A model generated the notes under the pieces. It saw only the letters and a program-made list of their open reading frames with translations. It did not search any database and had not been told where the DNA came from. Shown here in pieces: positions 47,733 to 60,114 of a stretch of 64,000 nt of DNA; the first letter of the stretch is position 1, and each line of letters starts with the position of its first letter. A program made the translations under genes and the position numbers. Source of the DNA: Fistulifera solaris (taxonomy: Eukaryota); the NCBI GenBank assembly GCA_030295235.1, contig AP026129.1, forward strand, positions 1,054,001 through 1,118,000. Reading direction: 5' to 3'.

Positions 47733-48292
47733 ACTGCGTTGAACTATTTGTTTTGAATGACGAGAAACGAAACTGCAGTTAGATGATCCGAAAGAGTGGC
47801 TGTAGCGAATCCGCGCAGAAAGAAGAGGAATGAGCCCCAAATTGAAATAACTGTATCACGGAGGCATAAGATATTTGTCAGAAACCGACTGGCAAGAATA
47901 ATCAGCCTTCCAAGCAACCTGTCGACAAGTTTTTCTTACCGCATCCACGTCTCAACAATGCTCGGAGGGTCTCAATAACTGTTTGGCATGATCTTTTTTT
48001 GATGCAAATGCGAATTATTAGTATTATATCAGGTACGTAGTATGTTTTAATAGATTGCGGCGACGAGCGACGACGATCGATGCCGGACGCGAGGGGAAAG
48101 CGTCCCTTAAAATTGAATTGTGTTAAATGTCGCAGAGGAGCTCATGCTTGTAGTAACTGTAAGAGAGAAACGGTTACAGTACTGATAACTGATACTCCTA
48201 CAAAAAATGGCGCATTATGAAGCTATAGTCATATACGATTTCTGCAAGCAGAGAAAGAGAAAGCCACGTTGTCATGCAGTACCCGGAAACCC

Positions 48293-48372
48293 GGAAAGGA
48301 CGTTAAAATTCTGCCTCCAGCACAAAATTCTACTTAGCGTCCACGACGATGCAGCATTTTAACGCCGTGTCC
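48293..48372 (+). mobile_element. 80-bp palindromic (MITE-like) element, copy 2
   Basis: GGAAAGGACGTTAAAATTCTGC...GCAGCATTTTAACGCCGTGTCC. Confidence 0.7.
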
Positions 48373-48402
48373 GTACACCTGTTTTTACGCGTACAAGTAC
48401 AT

Positions 48403-48482
48403 GGAAAGGACGGTAAAATTCTGCCTCCAGTAGAAGATTCTACGTAGCGTCCACTATGAGGCAGAAGTTTGACGCCGTTTCC
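48403..48482 (+). mobile_element. 80-bp palindromic (MITE-like) element, copy 3
   Basis: GGAAAGGACGGTAAAATTCTGCCTC...GAGGCAGAAGTTTGACGCCGTTTCC, 30 bp downstream of copy 2. Confidence 0.7.
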
Positions 48483-49019
48483 TCTCAATGTTCAAGTTTC
48501 CAGGTGCGCCAATCACGCGCACGATAGGGTGAAAAAAGCTCCGAGCCCTCAACGGATCGATTACCGGTAAGCTGATCACGTCTTGGGCTTAGAACTCTAT
48601 GTATTCAAATCTTTGATGGAAGCCGTTTCGATTTGTTTAGCCATAGTACGATGCGCGATCGTCTTCTACTTAGGCCATTCGTTTCTATCTAACTTTGCGA
48701 TGTTTTTAATTGACTATCGGATAGTATGTTCCTTTGCAGTCCATAGTACACTCTACTATGAAGAATTCAAATAAATGTGTAGACGAACAGCGGTTTTTTT
48801 AGTACTTCTCAAGGTAGATTCGATTTTTCTGGATCATGGCTGTCCGCGATGAAGGCGGGATTCCAAGAACGCCCAAACCCAACGGCTCTTTTTGTAGCGA
48901 TCGAGAGGTGGCGATGCGGGCAAAGCGCCTCCTTCGCCATATTTGAGTCTCATTATTCCGCCAGAAGAATCTTCAGCACCAACGCCAGCTAATCTCAAGC
49001 CACTCTGAAGCTTAACAAG

Positions 49020-49730
49020 ATGAAAGCAACTATTCTCTCCTTCTTTGCCTTGGTGGCTGGTGTCTCAGCCAACGAGGCTCAGTTGATCGCTGATGCTATC
49101 AACCAAGATCGTGCGCTCCGGGGCAACCCCAACCCTCTCGACATGACACCGGAAGAGCGGGACCGTGAAATGCAGTTGATGTGCCGAGCTGTGCGAAACT
49201 TCATTCCCCGAAACTGCGTCTGCACGGGTGATCTCTTATCTCTTACGGCTGATTTCGTGTGCACCTCTCCCACTGAGGACTGCTTGCCGAACATCCCCAT
49301 TGTCGGTACCGTTTGCTCGACCTCGCAGGTCACCGGTAACATCAAGCTCGCTCCTTTCGCTTTGTCGGCCACAGTGGCCATGAAAGGTTGCGCCACTGGT
49401 GTCAATTCCGACTCGCAGGGTGAGCTTGGCGATGTCTGCGCTTCTCTTACGGCGACTAGCGGTATCAGTGGCGTGAGCATCGACGCCTGCGAGCTCACTA
49501 TCGGTGACCAGACGTGCGACACCTGCATTGCCTGCACTACTGAGGGAGGAAGCAATGGATTCGGCTTTAACTGTGATTTCCTTGCCGCTGAGTTCTGTGT
49601 CCCCATTGGTCTTCCTTTCGTCGGACGAGGCCGCATGGCAGGAACCAGCATGAGGGAGTTCACTTCCACGCCCATTTGGACGAGCGTTGCCGAGGGTGCT
49701 GCCACAGAACTGGCAACGACATCTGCGTAA
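49020..49730 (+). CDS. Secreted cysteine-rich protein of unknown function with an RxL-type motif
   Basis: Signal peptide MKATILSFFALVAGVSA, then DRALRG, then many Cys (CVC, CDTCIAC). Codons end mostly in C/T, consistent with a real gene. Confidence 0.8.
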   Translation: MKATILSFFALVAGVSANEAQLIADAINQDRALRGNPNPLDMTPEERDREMQLMCRAVRNFIPRNCVCTGDLLSLTADFVCTSPTEDCLPNIPIVGTVCSTSQVTGNIKLAPFALSATVAMKGCATGVNSDSQGELGDVCASLTATSGISGVSIDACELTIGDQTCDTCIACTTEGGSNGFGFNCDFLAAEFCVPIGLPFVGRGRMAGTSMREFTSTPIWTSVAEGAATELATTSA

Positions 49731-50229
49731 AACTCATTTTGGTGAAAAATGCGCTCTTTGTCAGTCCATAAAGTGAACATGTATAGGTCAAACTGTAACC
49801 TTTTCCTTTCAAAATAAACTTTGTTACCAGTCCTTTTCTTTCGTCAAATACCGTAATACATGAGTATCGACTGTTAGATATCGTAAAGATTTATCGGTAT
49901 GCTTTCCTTTGACTCGACCAGAACCTAGCTTGTCGTAAATCCCGAGATCATCGTCCCGATGTCCATTCCTTCGTCGCCATTTTTCTTTTGCTTCCGAAGT
50001 TTTTCTCGGTACTTGCAACTTGCAACTGCAGTCAGAACCGTTGAACGTGCGTGCGTGCACTTTTCCTCCGTTGTCTGCGCTTCTGTCCGGTGTGTATTTC
50101 GTGAGCGCGCCACACGCGCTCCACGTAAAATCTGACGGCAAGAAAGAAAACGAAAACGAAAACGAAAAAGAAAAACAATAAAAACAACATTCGAAACTAA
50201 CTCTGTACGGGTAATATCATCAATCAACG

Positions 50230-51306
50230 ATGAATCCATTGTCAAATGATCTCGAAGTACTTGTGAGCGCACTAGGCCAAGGCGACTCATCTCCAGAAGA
50301 ACAAGAAGAAGAGATCTTACCGCAATTTAAGGATGTCTTGGCCTGCCAATTTTCATCGTGGTATCCAAACTACTGTTCCGCTCCTGGACGCCGCAATACA
50401 ACAATACCCTCCATAATTTTGGACCTTCCTAACAATTTCATTGATTATTTACAAGCGGATGGAGTTCATCTTCCCCACGGTGTCGAGGCAAGTTGTATCT
50501 ATTCGACGCCCACGCTCGATAGTGATGAAGACTCCTCGTGGTCGTCATCGACGACGGAACCAACCGCAATTTTCGACTTTCCAGAACTCAACCGTCAAAT
50601 TGAAGCAGCGATTTATCAATTGGGTGGAGCCGTGGTGCCAAAATTGAATTGGTCGTGTCCGAAAGATGCTGTCTGGATGAACGGAGGCACTCTGAAATGT
50701 GAAACCGTTGGCGACGTGTATCTACTGCTGAAATCCAGTGACTTTATCGCTTTTGATCTCCAGCAAGCAACGACGGAAGTTGTCGGTGGATCATCTTTGT
50801 CTTCATCCGAGGTGATATATCAATTAGTGTTGAGAAAGTGGAGTAATCTATATCCCAGTCAAGAATTTCGAGTATTTGTTCGTCAGCGACAAATTCGCGG
50901 TATCAGTCAAAGACAGGCAACACAATATTATCCTCACGTATCAGAGCGGGGAGATCACTATCAACAACTTATCGAGCAGTTTTGGGACGACCATAAAGAA
51001 CGAGCACCTTGTGACGATGTTGTGATGGATATCTACATCGACAAGAATGATCGTGTGTGGGTGATTGATTTTAATGTCTGGGGGAGCCGCACCGATGCTT
51101 TATTGTTTTCCTGGTCCGAACTAATTGCCTTAGATGACATTGAAATGCGAGTTGTGGAAACAGAACGGCAAGTGAAAGTGGATCCGTTATCGAGTTATCG
51201 CGCTCCTATTGATGTACTGCACGTGGGCGGTGCCTTTGACGACTTTATGGGACAATGCCATAAACCAAGTGAACTAGAGCAAGAACCAAATGATGAAATA
51301 ATATAA
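50230..51306 (+). CDS. CDC123: Cell division cycle protein 123 (D123, ATP-grasp eIF2 assembly factor)
   Basis: CQFSSWYP, YLQADG, PKLNWSCPKDAVW, LLLKSSDFI, LVLRKW, EFRVFV, GISQR, IDFNVW, TDALLFSW. Confidence 0.95.
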   Translation: MNPLSNDLEVLVSALGQGDSSPEEQEEEILPQFKDVLACQFSSWYPNYCSAPGRRNTTIPSIILDLPNNFIDYLQADGVHLPHGVEASCIYSTPTLDSDEDSSWSSSTTEPTAIFDFPELNRQIEAAIYQLGGAVVPKLNWSCPKDAVWMNGGTLKCETVGDVYLLLKSSDFIAFDLQQATTEVVGGSSLSSSEVIYQLVLRKWSNLYPSQEFRVFVRQRQIRGISQRQATQYYPHVSERGDHYQQLIEQFWDDHKERAPCDDVVMDIYIDKNDRVWVIDFNVWGSRTDALLFSWSELIALDDIEMRVVETERQVKVDPLSSYRAPIDVLHVGGAFDDFMGQCHKPSELEQEPNDEII

Positions 51307-51350
51307 TAATATTATGAGATCACAAAACTGATTAGTAAGAGGAAAAGGAT

Positions 51351-52474
51351 CTACGCGACTTCCGAACGACCGGGTCGATCGATTTCGGCCTCGAAGAAGG
51401 AACTTCCCTCGAACGACCTCGACGATGCTGCTTGCGCTTCCGGAGAAGGACGACTGATATTGTATAGCTTATGAAAGGCATCCTTTCCGGACATTTCAAG
51501 ATTTGTTGTAATACTCGTATCGTATACTTGTTGACGATCGCGTTGTAGAATATCACGAACGGCTTTGTCACCGCCCAACCATTCACCACGAAGGTATCCG
51601 GTCGCTTCGTCCAATTTTCCATCTTTCCGGGCCACTGGTTTTAAATTTTCGTCGAGACGATACGCTAGTGGGACAGCACGGGGAAGACATAGGTTAATTA
51701 TGTCCTCTTTTCCAATATCTTCTAAACGCATAATCAACGAGCGCAGATTGTTTTCATGACCTACGATGAGTACCGTCTTTCCATCTCGTAAAGAAGGAGC
51801 AATCACTTCGTCCCAATAGACACTGGATCGTTTCATTGTATCGTGCAGTGATTCGGATTCGGGAATGGAATTCAGCATCTGATAATCAAGAGATTTGACA
51901 TGAGACATGTTGCACGTTTCGTCAGCACTGCAAAGCAAACGATACATAGTCTTCAACTTACCTCTCGATACCGAGGATCTTTTCCGGGATAATAAGGATG
52001 GTCTCGGGTCATCGGGGGCGGGGGCTCATCGTACGATCGACGCCAGCGTTTGACTTGATCTACACCAAATTGACTGACGACTTCTTTCTTATTCTTTCCC
52101 ACCAAATCCCCGTACGAGCGCTCATTCAAACGCCAGTGCTTGTAAACGGGCAAATACTCTTGTCCCAATTCCATCAACGCCAAATTGGCGGTCCGAATCG
52201 TGCGGCGCAACAGAGACGTATGGACCTCGTCAAAGCGAATACCGGCGTTGAACATCATTTGACCCGCCACACGAGCTTCCAAGACGCCATCGTCGGTGAG
52301 GGGAGTATCCGTCCAGCCGATAAAACGATTGTCACGGTTCCAGGTCGACTGCCCGTGACGAAGAAAGCAGAGTTGATAAGGAGTGTCTTGATTGAGTGAT
52401 GTAAAAGACGCTTTATGCCCTCGTGCTACCGCGGTTTTAGGCTGCTGGCGCAGCAACGTTCGCGCGGCTTTCAT
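51351..52474 (-). CDS. gpmA: 2,3-bisphosphoglycerate-dependent phosphoglycerate mutase, mitochondrial presequence
   Basis: LRHGQSTWN...RFIGWTD, WRLNERSYGDL, WRRSYD, ESESL, VGHENNLR. Intron 51879..51961. Confidence 0.95.
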
Positions 52475-52869
52475 GGTGATTTGATGTCGTCTTAGTAGGG
52501 CTTGGATGAAATTATGCACTGATCTTGTCAACAACGGAGTAATCGACTCGCTCTAGCCAACCGTAACCGTATCCATCCGATCAAATGTCTCAGAGTGAGA
52601 CAAACGAGTGGTTTCATGCCCGAAACTTGACACCCATTTACGTGGCACACTTAAGTGAAGAAGAGAAAGAGAACAAATGGCGAAAAACGAGAAAGCTTTC
52701 TCACAAGATGAACGGACAAACTGGCAGAAAGAAGTACGGATTTATGTCGTTACGGTAATCCTATTGTACATAAAGACTTTTCGTATTAGCGGAAAGTAGC
52801 GAACATGGATCCAAGATCCAAGAACAACATTTGTCATCGGTGCTACGTCAGCAGCATTTGTTCTTAAAA

Positions 52870-52941
52870 AAGGTGCGGGAAAATGTGTACGTTCACGTAG
52901 GCCCCCGTAGAGAAAGTACCAAGCAGGGCTTTCCTTGTCTC
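52870..52941. repeat. ~75-bp dispersed repeat, copy B
   Basis: Aligns to 33868..33944 in the same orientation. Confidence 0.85.
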
Positions 52942-53431
52942 TAGTCTCTACCAGTAGTTTTACTGCCAAAGTCGGAGTCACGCACACTTTTCGTGCTTCT
53001 GAGAAAATAAATAATATATATTCCGGGTGTGATGTTTGATCTGGGTCGAGTCGTCGTGGCAATTTCGTCAAAAGAGATGCGCTTCAAACCTAGGCAAAGA
53101 ATCATGGTAACCTTATGATAAAAGCTCAACAACACGATCAAAAACCGCTCCAAGGCGAGGTGTTAAAACTGATCATTAATGAAACGTGTAGGCGGTTAAA
53201 ATGCGAATGAGAGCCGAGCCAATTACTACCCTGTTCGGCACGTGCAGGGACGAGAAGCGGGTTGAGTCGCGTCACAGCTAACGTTGCTAGGGATGGAATA
53301 GGCAAGGAACCGTGAGGAATATCAGTATCTATCTTGGCGGTTATTCGTCACGTACATGTAGCATTGTATGTTATTGTTCTCTAGCAAGACGCGTTGTTAT
53401 AGTTTTTTTGTAACATATGGCTCGACAATCC

Positions 53432-55350
53432 TTAAAGCGAAACATGGGATGATCGACCCCCGGGATTATGAATTGGAGTTGTCGAGAGAAGGTTTCCGTC
53501 GGCATCCATCACTGTAGCCATCCATTCATACCAAACGCGTTTTTCGTCTATCTTACGCCAGATAGAGGTGTCGATGATACCTTGCGGCGGAATATGGACC
53601 GGATGTTGTAGAGGAAAGTACAGAGGAAACCAAGAGAACATGCCAACGGAAAATGAATGTGGTGCGATGGAGATCTTGTGCACGCCATCCGGAGATAAAT
53701 CGGCGGAAAAGGTACCCAATAGTCCCGTCACAATCCAGGGTTCCGTATCCACCTCACTCGATGCGACCATTTCATCAACAGCACCATATCCCGGACCACA
53801 TGCTATCGCCCCGCGATTGTCACGAAAAACAAGCTTGGCTTTTCGACTCGTATCATCCACTATGGTGGGATGTTCAAACGTCCAACAAGTTTGCTCTGGA
53901 AACATTTGACTAGCCGCATGTGTCCGCACAACGTACGGCGTTTCAACGGCAATTTGTTGCCCCACAACTCTAGCATTATTATCCGGATAGAACGATTGTG
54001 CCATCACTTCCTGATGTAGTTTGAGCGAGCTCACGGGTGCCAGAAACGAAGTATAACGTGTCGGAACGCTCACGACGTCGGGTCGACACCGTTTCAATAG
54101 AGTGTCCAAGCATTCAGGAGATAATTCATTGCATCCAAACGACCCTAATAGCTCACTTACAATGAGGTCAGCCTGTTGACAAAACTGATCCTCCAGCGAT
54201 CGCAGATCGCTTTGAACTACTGCACTTTGAATTGCTGCCAGAGGGGATCGAACTGCTGTTTCGACTGCAAATACAAGACAGCCGACGGGTTCTTTTCGAC
54301 TGCAATCACACGCAACAATGTTGCCGACTGTGACGCACGATATGCTTGTAAGACGGCCGTTACGAGGGGCCCGCGCCCTGCCCCTACTACTAAAACCAAT
54401 GTTTTTGTTCCTGCTTGTCGTTCGATTAAGAAAGATCGGCATGCGTCCTGGTATCTTTGATACTTGATGGGATCACCTTCGAACACTTCATAAGTAGCAA
54501 ATAATAGATGATCTTGCAGAGGCTGTAACGGCTTTTGTAGTGCGTCTAGATAATCATGCTCATCCTGGGCATTCGATGAGTCCAAGACGGCAGTAACGGA
54601 GTCTCGATTGCGAAGGTGCTGCAAATACTGCTGAAAATTCCCACGGTTCGTTGCTGCTGTGTCATTGATCAACAATACTTTCAAAGTACGCCCCAAGCGC
54701 TTTAATAAATATCCGATGATATACTGATGCGGCTTGGCGAGTGTTGGGTAGCCTTGTCTGTTGGTGAGGAAGAGACTCGTTCGGATGGAAAAGCTCTTGA
54801 TAGGACCACAGCCAATCATATTGTGCAGCAAAGTCATCTGTTTTGTCATATGCTCACGCGGATCGCCATCTATGGGTGGAATCTCAAGCAATACTCCCAC
54901 CAAAGAAGGATATTGGCAGGCGGAAATGATTTTTTGCCATGTTCGAATGGAAGCCGCGTCCAGAGAAACTGGAACCCACAGTTGAAACGAGCCTCCCGCC
55001 TCTTGTAATGCACTCAACGCTAAACTGGCTAACTGCTGAGAATATTGAGGAATGTTGTCATCAGGCGTCGGTAAAATCACGGCAGGTAAGTTCATATGCC
55101 ATGCCCATGGCAAGTAGTTGGGCCATTCTTCAATGGATCCGGGGCATCTTCCAACAACGCTGGTACGCCACCATTTTGCTTCGACAACAGTGATATCGGA
55201 TCTAGTCTGGATATTAAGTCCCCCGCCGACGTGAGGCAAATCAGTAACGACATAATCGAACGATTCCGGTCGAACGGTTTGCAAGGCGACGGCAACGTCG
55301 TGACTGAACGTATCGTCTTGATAGCCGAGCAACAACGAGACCTCCGTCAT
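53432..55350 (-). CDS. PRMT5: Protein arginine N-methyltransferase 5; frameshift near 54240
   Basis: FLTNRQGYPTL, LQKPLQPLQDHL...TYEVFE.D.IKY, VVGAGRGPLV, AVEKN, VSELLGSFGCNELSPECLD, GMFSWFP, IHNPGGRS. Confidence 0.96.
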
Positions 55351-55768
55351 TTTGTGCGCAGCAAATTAAGTTGCACGGGTTTGTAAAAATAGTTTAGAAT
55401 AGATTATTGATGATGAATGATAATTGATAATCGACGCAGCGCCATGTTCAGTTTTTTGAAGACGGATGGATGGGCGAAAAGTTTTCGCGGACGCGAAAAA
55501 TGATACCCATCGCAAAACAAAGGACGGAAGGCCAGACGAATCACAAGATGAGCTATAAGGAGAAAGAGAAAAGAGATGCAGTACCTAGTACAGGTAGTGC
55601 CTAAATTTGCTTACTACGTCATTTGCAGTTATTGATGACCAAGACAATTAATTCTGCAAACTAAGATTAAAGCTATGGCAACATTGTTGGAAGATAAATG
55701 AAATCATGGAAATAACCTGACGCAGACCTCACAAGCCAAAGGAAGCAAGTCGTGATTGCGACACCCCG

Positions 55769-58089
55769 TCAATTACTTTCGGCTTTTTCTCATTCTTTGA
55801 CTTGTTGGCCTTTTTTCTTCTTTGCTTTCTTTTCCTTTTTCACATCGGGCTTTGCTGCCTTGTCCTTGTTTGAACCCTTCTTTTCTTTCTTAACATTCTT
55901 CGAAGTGCTCTTTGTTTGGCCGTCGTCTGCCGACTCGTGTTCTGCTCCCTTCGAATTTTCGGTGGTCGCATTCTCCCTAATTGTCCCGTCTTTATCATTT
56001 TTTTATATCGTGAGCACCATCCGATTCTATCGCCGAGTTAAGTTTCTTTTTGCGGCGACGCTTCGATTTAGGAACGTCGATATTAGCATTGGGCGCGCTC
56101 TTGGCAGATTCTGTCGGCACTTGCTTTGTTTCGTCTTCGACTTTCTTACTTCTTTTGCGTCTTCTCTTTTCTGCTGCTGATCGGTTTCGCCCTTTTTATT
56201 CTCTTCAACATACTCCTGATCCACCCCTGCTTCTTGTTGGAGCAGCTCATCTATTTCTCTCCTGGCCATTTCGCGAAATCGTCGCCGTTTGCGACTGTTG
56301 ACAACGTACTCGCCGTCCTCTTTATACGGTGCAAGTTTTTCAAAGAAACAAACTGCTTGAGTGTCGAATCCCGACAGAACAGAATTTCCTCTGTCGATAA
56401 GCCAAAATTGTTGGCTTTCACTTGTTTGTATTTGAAACGAGTTGGCATATCCGCGATGATGTCTTCATAATCTAGCTTGTAAAGTTCGTCCATCATTCTA
56501 CTTTTCACTTTGCGCTCAAGCTCTGTTTCATCTCGTGCGTTGTCTTCGTAAGGTTCTTCTTCCATGTCATCGGGCCAGTCTTCTTCCCTATCACCTTCCT
56601 CATTGTTGCTGCTTTCAGTTTCAACGTCATTGCCCTCATCCTCGTCGCCAACATCATACAGGCCGCCCTCGGCATCGTCCTGACCGACCAACAAAGCCCC
56701 ATCTTCGTCCGTTTTTAAACTTTCACGAACATCGAAATCGCTCTTCCATTGAGAGTCCTGCTTCTGGTAAAAATCATCCCCGTACGTTTCTTTCATGAGC
56801 GATTCAAACTTATCCGGGTCAAAGTCCCCTTCTAACAGCTGGAGCAGCGTTGCTTCGTCAACTGCTCCCTCATCTAGATCGCCCAGTACTGTTTTGATTT
56901 GCTTAATCTTTTCTTCCATTTCTTGCCGTTTCGCATTCTTCAAGCGACGAAGTTGCTCTTCCTTCGCCTGTCTCTCCAACGCCTTTCGTTCTTGGCGGGC
57001 CAAACGCTTCTCTCGTCTTGACTCATCTTTTCGCCGGAGAGTGTTCATTGTTTGTCCACGAGCATATGAAATATTGGAAAGTTCTGCTCCAGATTGAATC
57101 CGCGACGCGGCTTCTTCAAAGCGAAAATTATATTGTGCTTCAAAGTCATCTGCCTGGTCTAGTTCGTCTAAAGAAGCGTCGTCATCCTCTGATCGGAGGG
57201 CGGCTGATTTCATGGGAATTTCTCCATCCGAGTGATCATCATCGTCACTATTGGACCCAGAACCGTCTCTTTCACTATCCAACCAAGCTCGCTTCTTGAA
57301 GTAATTCAACAGAAAACTCTCGCCATTTTCAACCTCTCCACGAGGGTCCACTAGGTCGCTCTTCTCGCCGATTGTCGCTTCTAGTTTTGCAATCTCTTCC
57401 TTTAATTTCTTCTCGCTCTCTGGGTTCATTTGTTGACGGTCGTTTGACTTAATGACAAGCAGACCCTCGTCGTCGCTTTCATCTTTTGCCGAATCCAAGA
57501 AGGCTTTACGAATTGCTTTCTGCTCGTCGTCGTAGGCATAGCGAAACCTCTGATCATCGCCGTTATCCTCTCCTTCCTCACTGTGGTGACTGTCGTCTTC
57601 TTGGTCGTCTTCTTCCTCTTTTCTCATCTTTTCGAGTATTTCTTCTCTTACAACGTCCTTGTAACGCTTTGGTTTTGTTTTCTTTTGTACTTCGTCATCG
57701 CTGCTGCTAGTTTCCTTTTCCGTTTCATCGTCGAAAAATTTCGTCGAGGGGTCATAAACGTGTTGTTCTTTGTTACGAATAGCATTTAAAGCTTTCATGA
57801 TATTGACATCAAGATCGGTCGTGAGGAGTTTACCGTCTTCATCTTCGCTTGAGTCATTGTCGTCGCTACCACTCTCATCATCATAGTCCTTGTGCGCCGC
57901 TAACTCTTGTTTTTGTTTGCGTTTTTCGTAGGCGGAGGCAAACTTCTTATTGATACGGAACTCGCTCTCTTCTTCCTTATCCGACTCCTCCTCGTCAGAA
58001 GACAACAGCAACTTAGAAGATTTGTTCATTTGTGATTGTTTCTCTTGCGCCGAATAGTGCTCTACCGATGTTTTAGCACGCTTAGACAT
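55769..58089 (-). CDS. KRI1: KRI1 ribosome biogenesis protein; frameshifts near 56330 and ~56070
   Basis: FRINKKFA, FLLNYF, ADDFEAQYNFRFEE, YKLDYEDII.DMPTRFKY, FGLSTEEIL, LKQFVSLK; Lys-rich tail. Confidence 0.92.
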
Positions 58090-58947
58090 CACACCACGTA
58101 GTAAATGAAAGGGACAACAAGTCGCAACATTTTGGTCATCGTCTCATCGTTTATCTTGTATAATCGGTTGGCCGTGTGCGCTGTGTTCGGCGGGCGTCCG
58201 TCAAACTCGCAGTACAATAGGGTTGGCGTTTAGATTTGGCGTTTTATTCACGTTTCTCGGAGTTCTACCTGGTACTGGCTTCTGTAGTTTTTGAATGTAA
58301 GTGCCACGTAGCATGTAGCCTTGGGTTTTAGGGTGGCATTTTCCAGTTTCTTACTTTAAGAAAAGGTACAAAGTATCTATGTGATTTTGGATGTACCCGG
58401 TACTGGTACGGTCGAGTAAACAATTATTGCTATTGTTCGTTCGTCGACGTCGATTGCCTTCGTTTGTAATCTTACTGGAAATATTGGGCCCAAAGATATG
58501 AGTCACGGACGGCTACTGCGTGAAGGATACCAAAACTACAAGAACGCAAAGCATAGAATAACGGCTTAAGGGCCTAAGAAAGAGGACCAAAAATAGCTTC
58601 CTTTGATTTTATTAGCCGATCGTATTTGAAACGCCTTGGGGCCTATTATTGGTGATCAACGACGCTCTTTGTCACCACTCCAATAATAACCAACTTGATT
58701 CGTGAAAGAGACTCCTTCTTGGGCAATTATGTAATGAGTGAATATCGACCGTTGATATCTTTACTGTTGACACTGGTGGATAGATCTACTGGAAACTGGC
58801 ACATTTCCCGTCGTGTTAAAGGAATACTCGGCTGCCTCTCCTCGAACATCGCAACAGCGCGATGACGATTCATTCCAATGTTTTGTTAACAACATCATCA
58901 AATCGTGCAAAATCAATCTGTAGTACCTGGTAACGAATAGCCTCAAC

Positions 58948-59892
58948 ATGAATCTCGACAGTGCAATACCACCCACTATACGTCGATCATTATCCCAGGA
59001 TAGTGAGGCTTACGGCAAAATAGAGGATCGAAAGCGAGGATTTCGAAAAAGGAATGTTCGAGCAGCGAGTTGTTCGAATGTCACCATGGACTTTCGTGAA
59101 CCATCCAACCTGCAAAAGCTTCCGCGTTCTGATATCAAAGAGCTCACAAAGCGAAAGACGTATTCTAGTTTCAATCGCGACGAGATCAATGGACACCACG
59201 ACGGAGGTAAAAGTGTACTTAGCTATTCATCACACCGAACCGCATCAACGGTAGCAACATCCGGTACATCAAGTACGTGTCCAACACTCGGATCCAACAA
59301 ACGCCCCCCTAAATCAGAGAAAAGTAAAAAGAGAAAAGAGGTTACGTGGGAAGATATGCTAGGCAAGGGACCGTTGGTCAGAAGGGAAACCCAACCGGCG
59401 GTAATACACGATCTGCATTTTGAAGCAATAAGTCTTGAGGACAACTCTATCAAAGTCGCAAGAAAGCTGAAAGACTTGGAAAGAGAATTTAAAAAGCTGG
59501 AAACAAGTATATCTGAGGCATGTAAAATGGAGCTCGCATACCTCAATCAAGCTGGCGAAGTAAAAATGAAGCGCGATCATTGGAAGAAGCAACTCATGGC
59601 ACTGCGTGATCATCCTACGGAGGCTATTAACGATATGACAGCATGTGAGAAGCTTGAAAGCAAAATCGAAAAATCAAGGCGTGTCGAGAGTCTTTATCTC
59701 AAGAAATCCAAAGAGCTGCACGATAGGCGTTATCGATGGACTCAGCAGTACGAGTACACCATTCGTGAATGGGAGAAACTAGGTGGTGAAGCAAGAGTTA
59801 ATATTTTGATAAAGCTACCTCCTGTTCGGCCTCCCACGGCGGTCGGCAGTGAAAGTCGAAGAGTTGCGGCTTCTTCTTCGATGGAGAATTGA
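58948..59892 (+). CDS. Hypothetical protein (Ser-rich N-half, coiled-coil C-half)
   Basis: 314-aa ATG ORF with heptad-like KLKDLEREFKKLE segments. Confidence 0.65.
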   Translation: MNLDSAIPPTIRRSLSQDSEAYGKIEDRKRGFRKRNVRAASCSNVTMDFREPSNLQKLPRSDIKELTKRKTYSSFNRDEINGHHDGGKSVLSYSSHRTASTVATSGTSSTCPTLGSNKRPPKSEKSKKRKEVTWEDMLGKGPLVRRETQPAVIHDLHFEAISLEDNSIKVARKLKDLEREFKKLETSISEACKMELAYLNQAGEVKMKRDHWKKQLMALRDHPTEAINDMTACEKLESKIEKSRRVESLYLKKSKELHDRRYRWTQQYEYTIREWEKLGGEARVNILIKLPPVRPPTAVGSESRRVAASSSMEN

Positions 59893-60114
59893 TGGAAATG
59901 GCCGCAGTTTTACGTTGTCATAGGCGACTTTATTTCTTTATATAATCTATGAGGTTTACGTACTTTCCTCTTGCTACTTCATTTTGAATACACGCGAAGC
60001 TTATCGCTTTAAAAATCTGGACTGATGTAATATTGACTCTAGTACATGTCCACTCGACATCTAGAATTAAGAGCTGCTTGTAGAGCCGGAGGGCAAATGT
60101 ACTAGAAGAACTAG

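Noticed and set aside
48293..48482. Repeat-30-bp spacer-repeat layout as a mini CRISPR array
   Set aside because: The repeats are 80 bp and diverged, there are only two units, the context is eukaryotic and there are no cas genes.
49079..49780. 233-aa antisense ORF
   Set aside because: It is the shadow of the codon-biased secreted-protein gene on the + strand.
54217..54260. Programmed ribosomal frameshifting in PRMT5 and other split genes
   Set aside because: No consistent slippery heptamer or downstream structure; assembly indels are the simpler explanation.
55752..56470. Phe/Ser-rich hydrophobic + strand ORFs
   Set aside because: They are antisense to the Lys/Glu-rich KRI1 tail.
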